A stretch of DNA of 46,242 nt, the filler included, from Catajapyx aquilonaris (taxonomy: Eukaryota): NCBI GenBank assembly GCA_000934665.2. It is 2 parts of 2 records of this genome, joined end to end, with 100 filler letters (N's around TTAATTAATTAA, not from the genome) between each part and the next. Parts side by side here need not be neighbours in the genome. Positions count along the whole stretch, not along the records: positions 23,175 to 46,242 come from KZ539409.1; 1 more part is not named here. One strand, given 5' to 3'. Within the stretch, counting starts at the first letter, position 1. Each line of letters begins with the position of its first letter. This document shows, one piece after another, positions 36,922 through 46,242 of this stretch. The position numbers and the translations under genes are program-made. The notes below the pieces were generated by a model that was not told where the DNA came from, searched no databases, and worked only from the letters and a program-made list of their open reading frames with translations.

Positions 36922-38303
36922 ATGTCGCACGTTCAGCAGGACGTGTTTTGGTCCTTCTCGCCCTTGGCCGGATGTTCGGCCATCTTCGGGTTGTGGACTT
37001 GTCCACTGCATCCCAGAAGAAAGTCATTACGTCACATGTGGCCACTGGCTGTCAGTGTCATCATTTCCGTGACCGGATATTTCTTAAACACTTGGATGAG
37101 GCTGACACTGACGGTACCTTCGGATATGACCAGATCAAGCACCAACGCGACGGCAAATTTTGACTTGAACATAATCATTAAACTGATGCTTCTGGTGACC
37201 TTGATGATTCTATCGAAAAAACGAGATCAAATCAGACGCGTGTTGGAAAAAATTGACACTTTGGACGGGATTTGCGGAGATCTGGAGGTGAACAACTCTC
37301 TTAGGAAATTGTCGTGGAAAATATTGTTCTACTCGCTCTCGCACATTCACTGGCGATGTCGATGGGAACTGAAATGATTTTGTGGAGCATTGATCAAACT
37401 ACAGCAGGGTTGATCCTTACATTTGCTGATTTTCAATTCACATCTATACGCAACGTTGCCGCAGGTCAACTTCTCTTCTTCGCGTCTACCATAGGACGTC
37501 GGTTTCAGCATGTTCGCGAGGAAATCGCGACTAGATGCGCCTCGCTGGAAGAACTGTTTCCCTCTTCCGAATCTGAAGAAGTGTCCAAGCCTACAAATAT
37601 TTGCAATGCAACCTTTGCCAAACCTGGCAAAGTGTATCTGGAGCTTTATGAGCTAAGTGCAGATGTGAACAAAGCATTTGGAATCTCTACATGCATTTCC
37701 TACCTGGGGATGTGCCTGGGAATCGTCGCACACTTATTTTTCATAATAGACACTTGGAATGCTGTGCCTCTCATGAACGCGGTGATTTTGACTTTCTTGG
37801 AAACAACCGACATATTTATTACGGTCATTTTCACCTCTGCAATATCCAGACAGAGCGAAATAGTAAGTATACGGTAATAGAGATGTACTGTGCATTCAAC
37901 AATGTGAAACGCTTTACCATTGCAGGCTCTTCAACCTTTGGCCCATCTGATGAAGATTCGCAAATTGGGCCTGAGTCCGGACTCCCAAGAACAGGTCAGA
38001 GGTCACGCATCATTCACTGACTCTCTTCCATTTACTCAAAGACTAAATGTCCCACTTGCTCCTACCAGGTCCAGACCCTGATCCAAAGGATGCTGGGTCC
38101 TCCAGTCCAGTTCACTGCAGCCAACTTCTTCATCATCAACCGAGGGCTACTCACCTCTGTAAGATTATTAGCACACTTGCATCACTTGGGTACTTCTAAG
38201 AGATAATTGGCCTGATGCTGTATTGTTGTCTTTTCAGATTGCAGCAGGTCTCACTACTTATCTGGTCATCCTGACGCAGTTCAGGTCTGCCGAGAACAAC
38301 TGA
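36922..38303 (+). pseudogene. Gustatory receptor copy 1, frameshifted
   Basis: Exons 36922-37862, 37926-37994, 38069-38158, 38238-38303, ending TTYLVILTQF. Two extra nucleotides (AT, ~37321) relative to the paralogs split exon 1 into two ORFs; an assembly error is possible. Confidence 0.8.
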
Positions 38304-39038
38304 AATGATTTTCCCTTAGCACCTGTTGCAGGATTGAAGGAGAGTTAATAATGCCCGGATTATGTGACATATAGTGTCGAATGAACTGCATCTTCTTTCT
38401 TGCACAGAGTGTCATGCTGTATAAAAATGGGGGTTGAGTAAAATGGTATGAATAAATCGATCTAATCATGTGTGAGTACATTTATCTAATCAAACATCGG
38501 AATCTGTCATGGGGATTGCGCATGATGGTTTGGAGCGGGTATTGCATTATTTTTACAAGGCATATACATTTGGAAGTAATCTGTATCAACTTGGTTTGTG
38601 TATGTGTGACATGTAAAATAATCCGGTACAGGAACCTTGTGACCATTGCGCCCAATTTGTTTTAAAGAGAGTAATTGCCACTATATATAGCAAAAAATGC
38701 AAGTTAACTTCCCCAGTGATGCAATGTAATTTTCATGGCCTTGGACATTACATGTCAGGTTCATCAATATTCCTCACCTGTATAGAGTACAGAACGGTGC
38801 AATGGAATATCCGTTGACAAATATGATCGACTTACTTTGAATGCATTATGTATTGCGTCAACAATGTCGACAGAGGGCAATAGGTTATTGCTTCACTTGA
38901 AGAGAGGAAGTTAATCATGGACAATGTAGAACAACACAGAGCAAATCGCATAAATAATTGATAGGTGCAAACATCATTAATTAATGACGTACTTAGTCAG
39001 TGACATTGGCAAAGAAAAAGTTACCAAAGTGCAGGAAA

Positions 39039-40420
39039 ATGTCGCGCGACCAGGACGTGTTTTGGGCCTTCTCGCCCTTGGCCGGATGTTCGGCCATCTT
39101 CGGGTTGTGGACATGTCCACTGCATCCCAGAAGAGCGTCTTTACTTCACCAGTGGCCACTGGCTGTCAATGTCATCATTTTCGTGGCAGGATTTATCTTC
39201 TGGGCTTGGATGAAACTGTCCGCACCACTGGAAATGGTCAGATCAAATACCAACGCGACGGCAACTTTTTACTTGAGCAGAATCATTCAGCTGATGATTC
39301 TGGTGAGCCTGCTAGTTCTCTCTACGAAACACGGTAAAATCAAACGGATATTGGAGAAACTGCACACTTTGGATGGGATATGCGGAGACCTGGAGGTGAA
39401 CCACTCTCTTCGGAAATTGTCATGGAAAATTGTGCTATTCTCTCTCGCACATTCACTGGCGATGGCGATGATAGCTGGATTATTTGTATGGAACATTCAT
39501 CAAACTATAGGGCTGATCTATGCACTTGCTGTTTTTCAATTTGTGTCCATCTCTAACATAGCTGCAGGTCAACTTCTCTTCTTCGCGTCTACCATCGGTC
39601 GTCGGTTTCAGCATGTTCGCGAGGAAATCGCGACGAGATGCGCCTCGCTGGAAGAACTGTTTCCCTCTTCCGAATCTGAACAAGTGTCCAAGCCTACAAA
39701 TATCAGCGAGATCACCTTTGCCAAACCTGGCAAAGTGTATCTTGAGCTGTATGAGCTGAGTACAGATATCAACAAGGCATTTGGAATCTCTACATGTATT
39801 TCCTACCTGGGGATGTGCCTGGATGTCGTCTCATTGTTATTTTTCACAATTGACACTTGGAATGCTGTACCTCTCATGCACAAGCTGATTATGACTTTCT
39901 CAGGAACAAGCAAAATATTTATTACGGTCATTTTCACCTGCGCAATATCCAGACAGAGCGAAATAGTAAGTACAATAGAGATGCTACTTATTCTTAGTAC
40001 TGTGCATTCAACAATGTGAAACATGTTTCTGGAGGAATCGCTTTATATTTTGCAGGCTACTCAACCCTTGGACCATGTGATGAAAATTAGCAAATCGACC
40101 CTGAGTCCTGTCTCTCAAGAACAGGTCAGAGGTCACGCATCATTCGCATCCACTTACCAAAAGGCTTATGATTATTATTCTCCTGACCAGGTCCAGACCC
40201 TGATCCAAAGGATGCTGGGCCCTCCAGTCCAGTTCACCGCAGCCAACTTCTTCACCATCAACCGAGGGCTACTCACCTCTGTAAGTGCTTTACTTGCATC
40301 ACTTGGGTACTTCTCAGAGATCATTGGCCTGAGGGTGATTTGCTGTCTTTTCAGATTGCAGCAGCTGTCACTACTTATCTGGTCATACTGATCCAGTTTC
40401 GGTATGCCGAGATCAAGTAG
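39039..40420 (+). CDS. Gustatory receptor copy 2, intact, ~383 aa
   Basis: Exons 39039-39965, 40056-40124, 40191-40280, 40355-40420. Three C-terminal phase-0 introns, FTAANFFTINRGLL and the TTYLVILIQF TM7 signature of arthropod GRs. Confidence 0.93.
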
Positions 40421-40725
40421 AACAATATTCTACAGTACTTGGTATGATTTATGACACGGCACAGTAGCTTTCGTAATTCACAAAGTGCGCAGTTACTTGC
40501 ACCATGTGGTATAGGATGTGACAGACATTAATAAGATTAAACTAAAAGTCTAAAACAAAATAACACATTTTCTGAGCATGAAGAATGTCGTGACCACAGC
40601 ATGGAACTGTCTGTATATATAATATTAATCGTCGGATCAGTGTAAATGGCAGTGAGTAATGAAGCTTAGCATATGTTCCTTTGGAAAAGAAGAAAATCAT
40701 AATATACATACTACAGTGCAGGAAA

Positions 40726-41707
40726 ATGTTTCGCGTTCAGGACGTGTTTTGGGCCTTCTCGCCCTTGGCCAGATATTCGGCCATCTTCGGGTTGTGGACA
40801 TGTCCACTGCATACCAGAAGAGAGTCATTACTTCATCTGTGGCCATTGGCTGCATATTTTTCAATGTGTGTCAATACGTGACCTGGCTGCAGGTCAACTT
40901 CTCTTCTTCGCGTCAGCCATCGGACGGAGGTATCAGCATGTTTGCGAAGAAATCGCGACGACATGCGCCTCGTTGCAAGAACTCAAGGAGTGTCCATACC
41001 TGCAGATATTCGCAAGGCCACATTTGCCAAACCTGGCAAAGTGTGCCTGGAGCTTAACGAGCTGAGTGTAGATTTGAACAAGGCGTTTGGAATTGTCGCA
41101 TGCATTTCCTACCTGGGAATGTGCATTGAAATTGTCACGTCGGTATTTTACGTCATTGACTCTTGGAATGTGACAGCTCTTATGGTCAACTTGTGTATTT
41201 CTTTATTTCCAACATTCAACATATTGTTGACGGATATATTTTTCACCTGCGCAGTAAACAGTCAGACTGAAACAGTAAGTATGCATGCACTAAATAGTGT
41301 GAACCCTGTTTCTGACGAAATCGATTTGTCTTTGCAGGCTACTCGACCCTTGGACCATCCGATGAAAATTCGCAAGTTGGGCCTGAGTCCCAAGAACAGG
41401 TCAGAGGTCAAGCATCATGCATGGACTCCCTTCCATTGACCACAAAGACTAAATATTCCACTTGCTCCTACCAGGTCCAGACCCTGATCCAAAGGATGCT
41501 GGGTCCTCCAGTCCAGTTCACCGCAGCCAACTTCTTCGCCATCAACCGAGGGCTACTCACCTCTGTAAGTGGACTTGTATCACTTGCTGGGTACTTGTCA
41601 GACATAATAATTGTACTAAGGGTGTATTGTTCTCTCTGCAGACTGCAGCGGCTCTCACTACTTATCTGGTCTTCCTGATTCAGTTCAGGTCTGCCGAGAA
41701 CAACTGA
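40726..41707 (+). pseudogene. Gustatory receptor copy 3, internally deleted and frameshifted
   Basis: Jumps from WPLA (~40852) directly to the FQxxSIRDL region, lacking ~360 nt present in the paralogs. Further indels near 40985 and a 7-nt loss in exon 2; still ends TTYLVFLIQF. Confidence 0.88.
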
Positions 41708-42477
41708 AATGGTTCTTCCACACCCATTGCATTGGTTGAATGAAGGGCAGTAATTAAACGAATAATTATTCCCGAATTATGCGACGCAGTATTGCATGAA
41801 CGGCGCGATTGCATCTTCTTGCTTGCACAGAGTGTCTTGCTGTCGAAAATGGTGGTTGGGTAAACACAGTACTATTAATAACTCGATCCAATCATGTGTG
41901 GGTATCTTACATTAATCTAACCAGACATTACAATCTATCATGTGGATTGCGCATGATGGATTGGTGCGGGTATTCCATTTTACAAGGGACAAAATTTAAA
42001 ATCGCGCCAAAATAGCCTCGTGAATATTAAGCGTCACTTATAATATACTATATTGCATTACTGTAAGAAAGAGTGTAATTATTGGTGTTGTCGAACAAAA
42101 ATGCGAATTAATTCCCACAGTAAAATGCAGATGGAATTTTCATAACCTTGGGTGTGGCATATTGATCAAGACTCCGCATCTGTACAGTACACATCGGACA
42201 TCTATAAAAGTGCAGGTGCAATAATTATTATTGAATAGCTGCTGCAAATGAGCGACGTCCTTTGCATGCATTACGAAAGAGTCCATAATAATATTATATT
42301 CCTCAGATGACAAGTTGCTTCACGCAAAGCGAGGAAGAATGGTCACATGGACAATGAACTGACCAATACAAAGGAGGTTGCGAAAATGATTGATCCTACA
42401 GTTGCATGCATCAATAATTAATAACGAGGCGTATGCTACGGTATGTTGGCAAAGGGTAAAGACTAAAGTGGTGGAGA

Positions 42478-43852
42478 ATGTTTCAAGATAAGGACGTGTA
42501 TTGGGCCTTCTCGCCCTTAGCCAGATATTCGGCCATCTTCGGGCTGTGGACATGTCCACTGCATCCCAGAAGAGAGTCCTTACGTCACATGTGGCCACTT
42601 GCTATCAATGTCATCATTTTCGTGGTCGGGTATTTCATAAGCACTTGGATGATATTGTCTGGATCAGAGCGCGACACCGCATCAAGTACCAACGCGAAGG
42701 CAAGTTTCTACTTGTACAATGTCACCGAACTGATGTCTCTGGTGAGCCTGCTGTTTCTCTCGAAGAAACACGGTAAAATCAGACGGATATTGGAGAAACT
42801 GCACACTTTGGATGGGATTTGCGGAGATCTGGAGGTGAACCACTCTCTTCGGAAATTGTCATGGAAAATTGCGCTATTCTCTCTCGCACATTCACTAGCG
42901 CTCACTATGATTAATGGCGGCTATTATTGTAGCACCTATCAAACTGCAGGGCTGATCCCTACATTTGCTGTTTTTCAATTTATGTCAATGCGTGACCTGG
43001 CTACAGGTCAACTTCTCTTCTTCGCGACTGCCATCGGAAGGAGGTTTCAGCACGTTTTCGAAGAAATTGCGACGAAATGCGCCTCGCTGCAAGATCTGTT
43101 TCACGTTTTCCAATCAGAAGAACTGACCAAAGCTAAGCAGGCTCGCAATGCAACCTTTTCCAAACCTGGCAAAGTGTATTTGGAGCTTTATGAGCTGAGT
43201 GAAGAAGTCAGCAAGGCTTTTGGAATATCTGCATGTATTTCCTACATGGGAATTTGCCTGGACATTATAATAATTGTATTTAATGCAATTGACACTTGGG
43301 ACATGATCCCTTTCATGACCAGAGTGACTTTCCTGTTATTAGCAACTTTCAACATATTTGTGATGGCCATTGTCACTTCCCTGATATACAGTCAGAGTGA
43401 AACAGTAAGTAAATAAACTTACACTCAATAATGCGAAATCCATCTCTGACGGAATCTCTTTGTCTCTGCAGGCTACTCGACCTCTGGATCATCTGATGAA
43501 AATTCGCAAATCGGGCCTGAGTCCTTACTCCCAAGAACAGGTCAGAGGTCACGCATCATGAACTGGCCCCCCTTCCACTTACCCAACGACTCATTATTCT
43601 CCTACCAGGTCCAGACCCTGATCCAAAGGATGCTGGGTCCTCCAGTCCAGTTCACCGCAGCCAACTTATTTACCATCAACCGAGGGCTACTCACATCTGT
43701 AAGTGCACTTGTATCACTTTGAGTACTCTTTAGGCGTAATTGGCCTGATGGTATTATTGTTGTCCTTGCAGATTGCAGCGGCTATCACCACTTATCTGGT
43801 CATCCTGATCCAGTTCAAGTCTGCCGAGAACAGCTCCAAAAATCCAACCTGA
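42478..43852 (+). CDS. Gustatory receptor copy 4, intact, ~388 aa
   Basis: Exons 42478-43404, 43472-43540, 43609-43698, 43772-43852; TTYLVILIQF motif. Confidence 0.93.
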
Positions 43853-44479
43853 CCCGTTCATAAATGAAGGGCAGTAATTAAACGAATAATTGTCGGATTA
43901 TGGCAATTGCGCATTATCGAATTGATCGAGTATTTCATAAAGTTTTATCTTGGTAAGTGCACAATCCTGTATTAGACGCATAATTTATACTTGATGTTGT
44001 AATACGACGCCATTTTTCACACAGTATAATATGAAAGAAAACTAGAAGCGATTATTAGTGGATAAATCATTATATGCACGAATTATGTTGTTTCCAGTCA
44101 ATTAATATATTGATCTCACTTAAATGAATGACTACAAAATCATGTCAGATGTCACAGCCGTCGTGTAGGGTTTTCCATCAAAGCAACAACTATAAGGTAG
44201 GCTAAAATCACACAATCACACTGCTAATAAAACTGACACATTGTAAGGTTCTCAATCATATTACCTATATTTGATATATTATGAACCACTCTGTGGGGAA
44301 ATTAGGGGGAGTATAACTGACCTACTGTGTCAATGAATGTATGCGCTACATTAGAGACAAAACAAAAATAATGGAACATTGCGATGGACTTTCTAGGTTA
44401 ATGTCACATATCTTAATAAAACGAGACTAGCCAACGGCAAAGTAGCGTACGACAAAAGAACCTGTTAATGATTTTCCTC

Positions 44480-46242
44480 ACTCCCATTCCACTCAATAAA
44501 GGGCGTGGTAAGTCTCGCAATGGACAGTTGGCAAATCATACGCCCATGAAGCAAAGGAGTGTCACTGCCCCACAAAATGTCGCAAGTGCAAGACGTCCTT
44601 CGGTCCATTGGCCGCAACATCAGCATCATTGGGACTATGGACTCACCCTCTTCATCGGACCAAGACATCCAAGCATCACAATGATGTGACCAACGAATCT
44701 GCTGAAGAGATCATTTTCGCTGCCGGATTACCTCTTAGGCAACACCAAAATGTGCAATTCAGGAGATAACAAAAATGCGACGTGTCCATCACCACAATAA
44801 TTTTTCTGATATTTGCACTAAAACGAAAATCTAAATATCACTGTTAGTGGTGCATGCAGAACTTTATCTTGGGGGTGGGGGAGCAGGGCCCGCCGCAGAC
44901 GAAAATTTTTCCCGTTCAAGGTCACAACCCTTCCTTGCGACCCCAAATTTGGGGTCGCGACCGCAAAACGGAAAAGAACCCATAGAACAGTGCAATTTTG
45001 CACTGTTCTAGAGGGTTTTTGCGAGTTTCCCACCCGTTTTTTTCTATTTTTTTCCGTTTCTTTTCTTCCGGGGGAGCTCAGNNNNNNNNNNNGGGGGGGG
45101 GGGGGGGCAATTGTCCGATTGCCCCCCCCTGGATCCGCGCCTGGGTGGGATACAGGCGTTCTTCAGAGAACTGGAATGTCGGTTGTCCAGACGTGTCTCG
45201 GAATAAGTATATCTCTAGATCCAGGAACAAATTGTATCCAATGCAAGCCAGCTGCTCTTCTTGCATCCTCCCCAGGCAGCTTTGCAAACCCTCTCCCATG
45301 ATCAGCTTTGTTTTAAGGCTCACCATCAAAGGATCATCAACATAACCGAGATATTTATGCAGAATCAAGAAGTTGATTAGGTCAGTTTCAATTGCCCATC
45401 CGGTATCCACAAGTTCCCGAATGTTTCTTGGGACAAACTCTCTCGGTGGGAAGGTGAGGAAGGAGACCACCTTGGCCTTGTAGCCCGTGACGACCACGGT
45501 GGAGAAGAAGAGGAACGAGGAGGCCAGGAAGAGGAAGCGACGAGACTTGGGGAAGGGAACGGGCTGCTCCAGAAGATGTCTGGCCACCACGTGGAGGGAT
45601 CCCAGGAGGGTCAGCGTGTCAGCGACCTTTGACCTCCCTCCAGATGGGTTGAAGAGGGAGAGTATGTTCATCGCAATTGGGAAAAGAATGAGAGTCGCCG
45701 CCAGAGAAATCCAGAAGGAATAGTGGTAAGGTCTGTAGATGACCTTCCAGGTGACCACACGTCCTCCGGGTCGTCTGGTCGTGAAGGTGAAGTATCCGAA
45801 CACGAAAGGCGGAGAATGAAGGAAGTAGCGGGTGGTGTTCTCGGTAAGGACCATGGTATTTGCTATATCCACTCTTCGTGACACCAAATCCCCAGCTAAG
45901 CCCACCCACGTTCCATTTGCAAGAAGATGGTCAAAGTCTGCGCTTTTGGGCTCGTTCAAGTAAATCTCCGTTGTGTAATTCATGGCCTCTTCAACCACCA
46001 GATATCCACGCTCGTACCACTCAATTTCTCATCTCTCCTTCTTCGGACATCTTCCATGTCTGGAGTGTATTTATACGTCCCTATCACTGCCTTCCTCTTG
46101 TTCATCCTGTACTTGTCGTAGTTTCTGAACAAGTACTCCACTCTTCGTGTCCTGAGGACGTGTCCCAGGTCGATGACCTCAGACTGACCTCCCCGTCCGC
46201 AGAAGAAGCAGACCGTCTCCAGCCTGACCTTCCCTCCGTCGT
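44480..46242 (-). pseudogene. Divergent intronless ionotropic receptor (IR), disrupted; 5' end beyond the window
   Basis: S1 (NGTWVGLAGDLVSRRVDI), M1 (IYRPYHYSFW), pore (LLEQPV), M2 (STVVVTGYKAKVVSFLTFP) and S2 (PRNIRELV). Frameshift near 46000 (SGTSVDIW / VVEEAMNY) and a MITE end at 45143. Decayed C-terminal pieces (DAWMSW; PKDVLHLRHFVG/AVTLLCF) at ~44480-44750 are lower confidence. Confidence 0.8.
45093..45143. mobile_element. hAT-like MITE end inserted into the IR coding sequence
   Basis: G-run...GGGGCAATTGTCCGATTGCCCCCCCCTGGATCCGCGCCTG abruptly replaces IR coding sequence. The other end is lost in or beyond the N gap at 45082-45092. Confidence 0.7.

Overview
Eukaryotic, almost certainly arthropod, genomic DNA with short (mostly 55-100 nt) introns and many non-autonomous DNA transposons. 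A 100-nt artificial spacer at 23075-23174 (44 N + TTAATTAATTAA + 44 N) splits it into two segments whose adjacency is not established. Left segment: first exon of mitochondrial RBFA (-), a tRNA-derived SINE with a 17-bp TSD, a complete MGAT4 (+), a complete single-domain M2 peptidase (-) with ACE2-type rather than ACE-type active-site residues, a nested MITE cluster, a small coiled-coil gene whose two-exon 3' end is triplicated into a putative alternative last-exon array, a 1.93-kb hAT foldback element, more transposon relics, and the last four exons of AGK (-). Right segment: an ~817-aa nuclear-IkB-like ankyrin gene with an unusual hydrophobic N-terminus (-), head-to-head with CPOX (+); a MATH-BTB gene (-) with a near-perfect 52-bp hairpin just after its stop; eIF2-gamma without the Su(var)3-9 fusion; four tandem gustatory receptors (two intact, two disrupted); and an ionotropic-receptor pseudogene. 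All gene models were spliced by eye and family calls rest on remembered motifs; no searches were run.
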